Of a stretch of DNA of 64,000 nt, positions 36,691-48,035 are shown one piece after another. Below the pieces are notes generated by a model. It worked only from the letters and a program-made list of their open reading frames with translations, searched no databases and was not told the DNA's origin. A program made the position numbers and the translations under genes. The stretch comes from Camelus dromedarius (lineage: Eukaryota): positions 109,184,001 through 109,248,000 of the forward strand of contig NC_087437.1 of assembly GCF_036321535.1 (NCBI RefSeq), in the 5' to 3' direction. Numbering within the stretch: the stretch's first letter is position 1; every line of letters starts with the position of its first letter.

Positions 36691-38098
36691 TTGCCTCCTT
36701 CTGCTTCTAGAATTCCTTATATTGATTTTATTCCACCCTTTTTTTCCTCCCCAGAAGCAACTGATAACATCAGTTCTCTGCATAAGTTAAATTTCAGGAG
36801 ACATATTGGACTTCACTTTGAAATGCCTAATAGTACTCCAGCTTTGAATGGTACTTATTGCTTATTGATCCACATAGATCCTAAGATGGAAGAAAAATAT
36901 TGTGCTGAATAGTCTCTGCAGCTCCACATCTATTTTTCATTTGTTCTCTAGTCTAGGAAGTGACCTTTGGAGTCAGAATCGCTGGACTCTCTTGACTAGT
37001 GGGTCAAATAAGTGGGTCAACCTGAATTGAGAAGACCAAGGTCTAAAAAAGCGAAATTGTGGCTCCACTGGTTCCACTCCATCTGGACCTCAGGTTTACT
37101 ATGAATGCATTTCTCTGCTAAAGGTCACAGTTCCCACTGGACGACCTTTTAAGGCAGACTACAGATTCTGGTAACTGGTCCTTTAGACATGGAGATGGTA
37201 ACAGCTCCCCATTGTTGTTCCCCTTAGCTCTGCCCACTACTCCGGAAATAAGCTCTCATGAAAATGCCTTCATTGCCCCAGTGGACAGCGCCAGAAGGTT
37301 CCTATCTTGACTTTAGGTGAGAAAACTTTATGATTTACCCAAAGCTAAACAGCGAGTAAATGAAAGAATAAAATCAATATTCAAGAACCACTTTGGGTCC
37401 TTGACAGGAAACTGGAGGGGTCTTCCTTAAAGAAGGAATTATGTTGGGAGGAATAAAAGCAAAAATTCCACCTGAGGACCAATAGCCCTTCTGTGGTGCA
37501 CCAGCCAGCTTCTGAAGCATCTCCTATCCAGTTCCTCTGAAGGTGCTCAGAGAATCACCAATGTAAGCTGAGCCAATGATCTTGAACTTCTTTTACATAA
37601 TCACCTATAATGCTGACACCAAACCTTACCTGTAGGAAAACAGGGTTCTAATATTCTGATTAAATCGAGTCCTCCTTTCCCCTGTTCTCACTAAAACTCT
37701 CTGAAGTCCTAATTATACTCTCAGTCAAAGGAAGTACCTATTTATTTTGACTTAACAAAATTACCACCTTTTCATGATTCATAGCTAAATAAATAATTTT
37801 AAACTACAAAGGCAGTGTGATTTGGAATGAAAATTTTAGGGCACAACTCAAGAATGGCAAATCCATTGTCATAGGGCCACATTCTCAGCTCTGGAATGAA
37901 TATGAGGTGGAAAATGTTACTGTGAATTCTACTGATGCTATGATTAAAGGTAATAAAGTGTCCTTTGAAAAATCTGAAGTGAAGAATAATCTTGTCGTAA
38001 AATGATAGTTTGAGAGAATATTCTTCCGATGAACACCAGCTCTTTCTCTGATTCAGATGTTCATTCCGTGCATATCACAAAGCCGCTCTGGTGTGGCC

Positions 38099-38165
38099 CC
38101 ATGCACATTACAGAGGCCACACCATGCACATTACAGAGGCCACACCATCCACATTACAGAGGCCA
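38099..38165. repeat. 23-bp tandem repeat, about 2.9 copies (ccatgcacattacagaggccaca)
   Basis: Units at 38099-38121, 38122-38144 and 38145-38165 (one substitution, truncated). Confidence 0.95.
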
Positions 38166-38949
38166 TGTCCTCTGTAATCTTCTACTTCACCTGCTCAGAT
38201 GTGTGGGGGTGGTCTCAGGTGGTCACCTGCAGAAGTGTTTGGTGGGGGAGAGAAATGTCTGTCTGTCCTGCCTGCAGGCTCCCTATCCTCTAAGATGGGT
38301 CTGCTTGGAGCCTCCTTCCTGTGATTGGTGATGGCCATGGGGAGAACATCTCTTCCTCGTAGGGAAAAGCTACCACTTTCCGAGGTGAACAATCTGAAAA
38401 GTCTCTCACCCTCTATCCTTTGCAGACCCTCTGCTTTCACAGGTTGGAGAGTAGGAAAGGGCAGGGAGAGCATGACTGCAGTGATGATAGTTAATAAGGC
38501 CTGAAAGGCATGCCTGGCTGCGTGCTTTTGGCGTTGCTTGGAAAGTGGACTTACTTGGTGCTTCTTTGTTCTCAGTCTTTAGCACTAGTTGCTAATTTGG
38601 GGGTAAAAGGAACAACCATATTTGATAAAATTTAAATGGCTTTTAATGCCTTATAGAGCTGGGTTTTTGGTAGATCTTACAGCCCATCTTTCTACTTTAG
38701 AGGAGCATGGTGTTAACATCCACCATCTCAGACAGATTAGAACCCCCTAATCCTTTGATAATTGATACTAGCATTTCATCACTGCTATCAGGAGTGTCCA
38801 ACTCAGTAACAACCTACCTCCTTTAGGTTATAGCATAAACTCTTCTTTCTTCATTCCTCTTTGTAGGAATAGACCCACCCATCTACACATACCAGTCTAG
38901 CATTCTTATAAATGTGAAGGTGGTTGCTTTTTAGTTAAACCCAAGAACG

Positions 38950-39040
38950 CTTCCTCCTTTCTCCCTTCCCCTTTTCCTCACTCCTTTTTTCTTCCTTCCT
39001 TCCTTCCTTCCTTCCTTCTTTAATTCCTTCCTTCCTTCTA
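38950..39040. repeat. Degenerate (CTTC)n polypyrimidine tract
   Basis: Read directly. Confidence 0.85.
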
Positions 39041-39624
39041 GTCCATTAGTCCTAAATTTTTGAGTCAATACCTTTTGTGGGTGTACAGTCACCTTTGCCA
39101 ACATGTTACATATTTTTAGGGTCTGGGTTATACCTGTGTCTTTTAAATGACAAATGACTTCTGAGATTGCTGAGACAAATGCAAACATTCCTACCCAGGA
39201 AGAATCTCCTCAACGTGGACCCTTGCTTGAAGGATCTGATGTGCTTTGTGAGTTTCTGGGAACTTGCAATATTTTGCTCTATCTTTGGGGAGAAAAATAA
39301 GGTCTTGAAAACATGAAAGGGGAAGTAAGGAGGGAAATATAAATCTAAGCTGTTTTCAAGAAAGTTTATAATGGAGATGAGTAAAATTTTATATTTTGGG
39401 GTAATTTAATGGCTTCATTGGATTCATCCATACATTTAATAGGTGTGACATCCTGCATTGTGTGAGCCAGTCCTTGGGAGTGGTGGTGGAGAAGCTGATG
39501 TAGGCATGAGACAAAATGCTACACAAGTTATCAACATGGACCAAATAATTTTAAGGTCAAAGTGCTTCAGTGCAGATAAAGGTCACCGGAGAGAGATGGG
39601 AAGAAATCAAGGGAAGTTTAACAC

Positions 39625-39826
39625 ACAGAGTCAGCACTTTGTATCTGTGGGTTTTGCATCCAGAAATTTCTATTGGCGGTTGGTAGAATGTGAAATCCAT
39701 GGATACCAAGGGTCAACTGTGTTCATTGTACTGTGCCTTTTTATATAAGGGACTCCAGCATCTGGGGATTTTGGTATCTGAGGGGCCTCCTGAAATAGTC
39801 TCCCACTGATACTAAGGAATTGCTGT
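39625..39826. mobile_element. MER2/MER2B-like TcMar-Tigger element
   Basis: gtatctgtgggttttgcatcc ... ggattttggtatctgagggg...gatactaaggaattgctgta, ending in TA. Confidence 0.7.
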
Positions 39827-41404
39827 AATCAGTGGCATTTGACCTGAATCTTTAAATCAAGTTCCGATATGGATAGATGAAATTGGTGAGAGAGAAGAGG
39901 AAAGAAAATGGTTCCACGCCAATAAGAAAGCATGAGCCAGACACAAGTTGTAGTTGTTGGCTGGTTTGGGTTCCATGAAAGTAACCTGGTGTGTGGCTTC
40001 TAAGAGCCTTATTTTCTGAAGGAAGTTAGAAGGAATTCATCCAGGAAATCTTTGATGAGATCATTAAACATTTCAGTGAAAGATACCCTTTGCAATTAAT
40101 TTCATTTGCAAAATGTACGCTTATGAATCACTATATTTGTTGGGATGTTGTGAAAAGGTCAAAACTAATTATATATTTGTTATGATGAGCTTAAAATCCT
40201 AGCTGTCGTTTGTTATCTTGCTTCCCTTGAGACAATGTAGACTCAATTCCATTCCTACATTGGAGTTCTGAGTGTCATTTTTTTTTTAAAAGCTTTAATG
40301 AAACTGTTTCTTTCATCACTATAATTTGGTTTACTTAATGCCACTAAATTACTTTTAAATCTTGGCATGGCTTTATTAGAAATGATCTCATTTAAATTTG
40401 CTGCTCTAGGTACAGAATTCATCATGAAGACAAGAAAAAGCAGCCTTCTTCAGAGATGTTCTGGAAGTAGCTTAATGACAGATCTACAAGAACTGAAGAC
40501 ATTACTGATACATTTAAAATTCTCTTTGATGTTGGTTACTTGGAAATCTTTATCTCCTCTGTGTGTGTGTGTGTGTTCTCTGAAATTGTTATGTTTCTTG
40601 GTCTCTTACTGAATAATTTGCCAGGATACATTCCTTGTGGATAGATGGGAAAGCAAATCCTGGAAAATTCAATGGCATTCACAATTGTAGTCTTTAAAAA
40701 ATCATGTGTCTCAGTGAAATTTCACCTTTGAAATTCAACCTATTCAATTCTAATATTCTCGGAGGCGGGGACTATATCTTCTTCAAAATTTGTGACAGGT
40801 ATCTACATGGCATTTGCCCCAAAGGTTGTCATTCATTATTTAGGGAGTCTTTGTTTACTACTCACTATATGTAAAAGACTAAACAACTTCTATAGAGTGA
40901 TGGATATTTGAAAGAAATATTCTGATTCATCTAGAAGTTTACAATCAGCTGGGAGTTTACAGTTTAATGGTGTCTTATGAGATTGCTGGAAACATGATGA
41001 GTCTTGAGATGCTCACAGGAACTATCACATCATGCCATTCATATGCTTTAATTATGATTTGAATGACTTGCCTTATGAATAAGTGTTGAAAGAGTACTTT
41101 TAAATTAATAATACACTGAATCCACAGATTTGGTGGAGAGTTCATTTTATTAAGTATAAGGGTTAGAAATGACATTTTACTATTTAAGGACAGTGGCAAA
41201 GTATTGATATGCCTTAAGTATTGTTTCTAGGAAACAGAATGCATAGAGGAAACATAGCAAACATCGATACATAGAGGAAACTGTCTGTTCTAGTAAATGA
41301 TGGTGGGAGACGACTAATTGCACTATGGATAGTTCTTTAAAAATTTAATCAAAGTTTGCATTAAAACAAAATGATAAGATTGTTATTATGCCATAGGTAA
41401 GATC

Positions 41405-41855
41405 TGGACTCTGAGAAACTGAAGTTAGAATCTTGATTCTTTAATCAACAGGCGGTCGGTCTGACTTTGGGGAGCTTCTTGACCTTTTTTTTTTTTGCAG
41501 TTTCCTTCTCTGTAATGGAAGAGTGCTAACCTTGTGAAGTTGCTAAGAGAATATGCTGAAATCACGTAAGCCTGGGACAGAGCCTGAGTTTGGCCAATAG
41601 CACTTAGTCTGTAAGAGTTAGGAAGGAGCCGTCGTGGTTGCGATGACAGAGCAGGTTTTGCTGCACCATTTGCCACCTTATGGTTGAGTGACCTTGGGCA
41701 AGCTTTTTAACCTCTCTGAATTTCCGTTTTTAACTCTGTAAGGAAATATTTCCTTCAGGGTTTCTATGACTATTACCTAAGCAAATGTTGTGTAGTACAT
41801 ACAATGTACCTGAATTCAGCATAACCTTGTTACATGATAGCTGCCATTACAATTA
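41405..41855 (+). mobile_element. Two adjacent MIR fragments
   Basis: cagtttccttctctgtaatgg, and gtgaccttgggcaagctttttaacctctctgaatttccgtttttaactctgtaa. Confidence 0.65.
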
Positions 41856-44800
41856 TTAACACCTGATGACATGACCTTGATATTTACTGAGAGCATAGCC
41901 CAGGTTAGGCTGAGACAAAGGGATCTGTCTATCTATCTTATCTCTCTCTAATCTATCTCTATATTTATGTACATCTGTATGTGTATAATTATTTTCATAA
42001 TTCCAAATGAATTGTCAAAGTCAGTCTGACTCCTCCTAGGTCACACTGGATTACTTTGATGGAGAGTAGGGGTTCCTTGCCTTCCATTGGCTCTTTTGGA
42101 TGAGGCTCTTTTTTACATCAATAGAAGTTTGAACTTTATTAGTGAAATTGTGCAGCTGCCAAGAAAAGGAAGCTTGAGACCAATGAGCAAAATGTCCTAT
42201 AACTTATTGTTTAAGTTGAGATGCTCACATGAAGGACAGTGAGAGCTCAAGCTACAAGACTTCACGATTTCAGACTGAATGCAGAACCATTAGGGGCAAA
42301 CTAGGATGTCTGGGAATTCTATCAATGAAGAAAAATGCATAGGAAATGAGGGGGGAAAGGTAGGAAGGAGGATATGAATGTAAATAAACAAACAAACAAA
42401 AAAACAGACAATACATACCCACGAATCCATTTTGGAGTCTCAGTTAACCTACTAGCCTACATAAAAACAGATTAACTTCTCTAATTGGGTGTCTTGTGGG
42501 CAAAGCTTTAAAAAAGTCTCTCTGGTGCACATGTGACTTATTATGAGGATGCTCACCTGCAAAGCCAGCCTACCTGTTTCTGGATTTCCAAACATCGCTG
42601 CCTCGGGATGGTTTAATGTTCATTTCACTCCCAAGGCTTATGGGACTTTGAGTTACTACTTGTAAATGTGTGTATGCCTCCACTCTGGAGGATTTACTGC
42701 TCCTGTTTTGTCCTGCTTCCTTCCTCTACATGGTCATTTTTTAAAGAAATGTGACTGGAAAGAAGTTTCCCTTCCTATACGGGACTAGCCTTGAGTGAAG
42801 CTGAGAACTGAGAGTGCCTTTGGAGTCCCAGTCTCGCCTTTTCCACCTCTTCCCCACCCCGAAGGCCACTTCTCCAAGCACTCCCTTCCCTTAGGTGGAG
42901 TGTCTTCCTTGCCCTAGCCCTGTGCACTTTTCACAGGCCTTTGGACACACTTGATCAGTGAATACCTGTTCTTGCTCTAAGCCGTCGGATCCAACTAATA
43001 AATGACTTGCATAAGTAGATTGTAACTTGAGCTGTTTTTTTACCCAATGCACTGGCCCCTCCAGTGATGGGGAGAGTCAGGTGGGGAGAAACTTACGGTT
43101 GTCAGAGGGGAAAGGTGGCTCTACCTTCTGGAACTGAGAGAGACTTTCTGTTTCTTTAAAAAGCACACTGCATAGATCGTTCTTAGGGATGTCTTTCCCA
43201 GAACAGACACTCTTAACTTTATTCCTCCTTTAAAACAACAATCATGGAAGCGTCTTCATTTAAAAGCCCATTTAGTCTTTTCAGGTCAGGCAAGGAGTTA
43301 AGTTAAAGCAGTAACTGCTGAGATAGAGGGAAAAAATGCTGGTCAAATATATTTTATCTTTACCTAGTTTTTCTCCCCCCCACTTCTTCCTTATTTCTGT
43401 CTCTCTCCAGCATCTTCTAGGCCAAGAACGGAAAACTCTGAGCATCTACATGCATCAGAAACCCCGTGGGGTCCATGCAAATAGTGCCTTTTCTCTGCAA
43501 GAAAGGCCCAGATTTGAAACTTGAAAGGAAAATAAAGCTGAACCGTGAACACCGTCTTTCAATCAACACCGGCCTCTCTCTCTCTTCCTGAATATTTCAC
43601 CTGAGCGATCTTTTCCTACTAACATCGAGAAATTGCTGAAGGAAGAAATGTTAGACCCAGTTTCTAATTAACTTTGCCATTGATTTCTACATAACCTTGT
43701 ATGAGTCACTGTTCTTCAGTGAAAGGGATGAAAATCTCAAAGATTTATAGTTGTTCTCAGGGATTTTTTTTTTCTGGACTAGGTTCCAGATATTCTGCAG
43801 TTTCTTCATTTTCTCTCCTCTGAACTCATTAGCTTACTCTGTTTTTCACCACAACACACACAGACACACACACACAAACTTATGCCCACATGTACACATC
43901 AGATGAGCTTTCAGAATGAAGATATTAGGGGGAAAGAAGGTGCTTATGCACTACATTTAGTAGTTGACATAAAAATGCCCTGTTCTGCAATTTTATATTA
44001 TGTGCCTTGAATAAAAATTAGTTATCGAGAAGTGTAGAGGAAAGTGGTTCGTGGGCCTTAAAATATTTGTAAACCGACACACAATATATTTTACATATTA
44101 GAAGCTGATAAACTTCTTTTTCCACAAATTATTGTAACTGTATGTGAAAAGATACAGCACTGTAACATCTTCTGAAAATGAGAGAAAATATCGTAGTTAT
44201 ATAGAACATATCAAGTAGAATTCCTTTGGTATAATTTCCAGTGAACTGAATAAACTGCTTATTCCTCCTGTAATATATTAGCGTTCTAGTTCATTCTCAG
44301 CTAGTTTAGTTCATCACATTTCTATTTGTAAGTTTTTAATATAAGCATCTTAATGCATTTTTTATGAACTACACAGTCTTCTATTTGTTGTTAATAAAAT
44401 TCTGATTGATCCTAAATCTGAGTGTTGATTACAATCACAGAATAGTATTTGTCCAATATCTGTTATTGCTATTTTAAAGGTCATTTTTTTTCCTTTTCAT
44501 GTCTGCAACTATTTTTGTACTTAAACTCTAAAGGGACTAGATTAAAAGTTTCTTCTGGTTGTAAAATAATCCTACAGAAACCAATGGGATTTAATTATAT
44601 GAAATATTGATCCAATGCCTGCTCCTTTCTCACTGTTTTTTCCCAATACCTGGATTCCCCAGCTAATCTCCCTTCCTTCACATCCCCACCTCTGCCCCCA
44701 AATCCTGGTGTTTTCCTGAACCCCCTCTCCCCTTTCCTCAGGACCACTTTCTGAGTCTCTGACGGTGTAAATTGCCTCCAAGTTCCGCTGTCATATAGCA

Positions 44801-44899
44801 GTCTCTCTGCTGCTCCTCTGGCTACAATATCTTTCCTCTGGGTCACTGAAAGAGGGGACCTCTCTGTCTTCCTCCTCTTCATTTCTTTCCCTGAATTCT

Positions 44900-45330
44900 C
44901 TCTAGTCTCAGCCAGAGTGATTGTTACCCGTCTGCCTCATTGTATCCCCTTGTATTTTAGCCACCGAACCTTTCTTCCATTGTTCTGGCCCCATTTCTCT
45001 CTTACTTCAGTTCCTTAGAACATGCCGCTTCCTCAGCTGGAATCCTTGCCTTCTCCATCCAAAGTCCCTCCCTGCACCAGATTAACTCATCATCCTTCAG
45101 ATTTTAGCTGTACCTTCCTCTCCCAGCTTAAATACTCCGGCGAGCTCCCTCAGCTTCAGACTTCCACTGAAGAAGTGCTAATCCTGCTTTGGGTAATAGG
45201 ATTTTATTCTTTTTCATTTTACTATAAACTATGTGAGGGCAGGGACCATGTCTGTCCTCCCCACTGCCATATCCCCAGGACCTAGAATAATGCCCAGAAT
45301 GTTGTGGACACTCAGTTTTTGGAATGAATT
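44900..45330 (+). mobile_element. L2 3' fragment
   Basis: actataaactatgtgagggcagggaccatgtctg...tatccccaggacctagaataatgcc. Confidence 0.7.
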
Positions 45331-45639
45331 TTCCCTTTTTAATCTCCTTTTATATTCAGTGCTATTCCAAGTACTATTTAAAATATTTATTAAAAAAATA
45401 AAATATTTATAAAATCAGATTTTAAAATGCAAAGATGGTTGATTTCACTTTACTATAATAACTAGGTGTTTGGTATAAACAAAGTTTTGTTTTGGTTTTT
45501 AACTCAGCCAGAAATGACTCTGTCAGGCTGAACAGGATTTATCAAATTAGAAAATCTGACAGCTGATGAGACTTGGTGACCAAACATTGTGAATGGGAAC
45601 AAGCAGTGGGGAAAAAACTGACAGTCAAACTTGTTCTGG

Positions 45640-45944
45640 AAAAAAAAAAACTGTCATTTTATTATTTAGAAAGCACACACAGCAATTTATTGGGTGAAAG
45701 AGAAAAGGTAAAATAATTGAGTGTACAAATTCATTTCAAAAGAACCTGTGCCACTTTCCAAGTAATCTCGGTCTCTGTGAGCCTTTTAAGCTTCTGTGTT
45801 TCTTATATCTGTACACATAATCGGAGTTATGTGTGTAGATACATGGAAACATGTCACACACTTGTCAGAAATCTTTTCTCCAAACACCTGTAGTGAGCAT
45901 GTTTTGTTTTCTTCCTGAAAGCTTCCTGTAGGTGTTTTCGTGGC
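45640..45944 (-). terminator. GRIK1: GRIK1 3' UTR with tandem polyadenylation signals
   Basis: Minus-strand AATAAA at 45686-45691 and 45658-45663, followed by GU-rich (tgctgtgtgtgc) and U-rich downstream sequence. The exact cleavage site cannot be determined. Confidence 0.75.
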
Positions 45945-46100
45945 TCACGCCACAGTCTCTTTTCTCTGAGTTCGTCTTTGATGACAAGTAAGGATACTTG
46001 TGAAGGAAGATTTCCCCTTAGTTCTTGACTTTTTCTTTAACTTTTTCTGATTTTTGAGTGAGATTCCCAGCTCTTCCATGATGGCATTGAAAGAGAGACA
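45945..46100 (-). CDS. GRIK1: GRIK1 last coding exon (GluK1-b/c C-terminus)
   Basis: catgttctctag|TGT. Encodes CLSFNAIMEELGISLKNQKKLKKKSRTKGKSSFTSILTCHQRRTQRKETVA then TGA (45945-45947). Ends in the known ETVA PDZ-ligand. Confidence 0.97.
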   Translation of the reverse strand, partial: CLSFNAIMEELGISLKNQKKLKKKSRTKGKSSFTSILTCHQRRTQRKETVA

Positions 46101-46389
46101 CTAGAGAACATGAAATAATAGAGCATCAGTTTAATCACACTATCTCCATCCTCCGTCGATCCGTGTCTTGCCTAGGTTTTAATGAATATGAGGTATTGGT
46201 CTAAGGCAACTGTGCCACAACATAAATTCCCAGCCAGTCCCCACACCTCCTCCTCCACCCACTGGCCACCCACTTTTCTTACTTGGGGAAACTGATTCTC
46301 GGCAAGTTAGCTGAGCAAACTTTGGGGTTTCATTCACAAATGAAGTAGCATAAAACCACCCAGGTAGGCTCTCAAAATAGACAACTTAC

Positions 46390-46491
46390 CTTTGTGGAGA
46401 CACCAAAAGAGAGTTAAATTAAGTCATTTCCCCCACTGAGATGATCCAAACATTGATAGGTTTATCAAGGCATACGGACACTTCAGTAATG
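46390..46491 (-). CDS. GRIK1: GRIK1 'a' exon (short tail, ...EQ-HY-stop); coding 46491-46483, predicted exon end 46390
   Basis: Acceptor ctttctatag|CAT TAC TGA gives a tail 49 aa shorter than b, consistent with GluK1-a. The exon end is inferred from a consensus donor AAG|GTAAGT at 46390/46389. Confidence 0.72.
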
Positions 46492-46510
46492 CTATAGAAA
46501 GTGAACAAAC

Positions 46511-46597
46511 CTTCTCTACACCAAGGCTTTGTTTTTTTCTCCCATGAAACCTTACTTTGTTCCTAAAATAAAATCTAATTCTTGATGACTTTCCTTT
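46511..46597 (-). CDS. GRIK1: GRIK1 87-nt in-frame cassette exon (GluK1-c insert)
   Basis: ttttttatcag|AAA...AAG|gtttgt. Encodes KGKSSRIRFYFRNKVRFHGRKKQSLGVEK (29 aa), matching the known 29-aa c insert with an RxR motif. Confidence 0.93.
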
Positions 46598-47864
46598 CTG
46601 ATAAAAAAAAAGAAAAAAAAAACAATTTTAAATTGTATATTTTCTCCAAAAAAAAAAAAAACCAAAAAAAAAAAAAAAACAAAAAAACAGAGATCTGACA
46701 GCAGCAATGATGCAGCTGTGGTTGAAATGAAAATAATATGGTACTGAACTGCACAGCAAAGACGATGGCATCATACAGAAAGAAAATGGAATTATGATTA
46801 TAAAATGTTATGCATATGCAGATGGCATATGTATGCGTATATATATATTACAATTATGCTGTATCTAGTCACATGCACAATATATAAATGGTGCAATAAG
46901 ACATAATTTGCTGTCATTTCTTCCAGCCAAGATAAGATCTTTGAGTGACAAATTTCTGCTTTTATAGAGATTTCTACAAAGTAGTGTTTTTGATCAGATT
47001 GCTCTTACAATATTCTCGAAAACCTCAAAAGCCTATGGTAAAGCTTATGAAAGTGCAAGCATTATTCCTTCACCATTAACTCACAAAATGCACATGGTTG
47101 AAAGTCAAATAACATTCCACCAGATGATTTCTCTAGGGTGAGTGCCTGATGGGAAGAAACTTATATCCCATGTGAACTATGTCTCTGTGGTCCTTGTGTT
47201 TCAATGTGCAAATATGTTTTTTGTTTTTTGGGTTTTTTTGAAAATTTGCTCTCCATTTTGTTCCATGAAAGAGTTGATGTAGTTGAAATAAGCAGTATTT
47301 TTAATTTTCTACTTGATTTGAAAATCAGACATATACATTTAGATCTTAGATGTAAATTACTGGCTTACCAGACATACACTTAAAAAAAAAACTAGCTGTT
47401 GGCCTATGACTTTTTGTCTCTTTTACACCTAAGTGTTTATAGGATTTGAATTTCATTTCCATTTTCCTATGGTCCTGAAAAATGAAAATTCAGGTCATGC
47501 ATGTTACTTTTCTTTCAAACGGGAAGTTGTGGCTTCAGTGAATTGAAAGGCTGTCATGCCACACAAAGAAAAATTCAGGAATGTTTTCTATGAATTATAC
47601 TGCACCATTGTCATGGCAAGTATGTCACAAATGAAATATAATTGTTGTAACGTTATGTGATGCGATGTTTATGTATTGCTATTAAGATGGAATGAATATT
47701 TTATAGTGTCATTATGGTAGATAATGTTGTATTGGGGTTTTGCAAACTTTGTTCAGAAATTTATTTGAATGGAAGAAAACTTTTTTTTTTTGCATAGGAC
47801 ATTTCTGGTTTCAGAAAGATCATTAAAATGAAAGGCAGGGAGAGAAAAAGAAGGCGTGCCAAGG

Positions 47865-48035
47865 ATTTTACATACATTGTTACACATAAACTTCACAACA
47901 GCCTTATAAAGAAGGACTTGTTATGCCTATTACATAATGGGGAAATTTACTATTGGAGATATTAGATAATTTGCCCAAGAAACTTGGTTTGTAAGATAAA
48001 GAGTTTGCATTTCAACTCAGTGCATTTGACTCCTC
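47865..48035 (-). mobile_element. MIR (GRIK1 intron)
   Basis: cttcacaacagcc...atggggaaattt...ataatttgcccaag. Confidence 0.6.

Noticed and set aside
38099..38165. CRISPR-like array
   Set aside because: Head-to-tail units with no unique spacers, no cas genes, and a mammalian context.
41242..41281. 12-bp direct repeat catagaggaaac
   Set aside because: Small local slippage duplication with no further structure.
1..45600. Additional protein-coding gene, lncRNA, tRNA/snRNA or CpG-island promoter downstream of GRIK1
   Set aside because: No recognisable protein similarity, RNA-gene motif or CpG island. Spliced lncRNA exons cannot be excluded from sequence alone.
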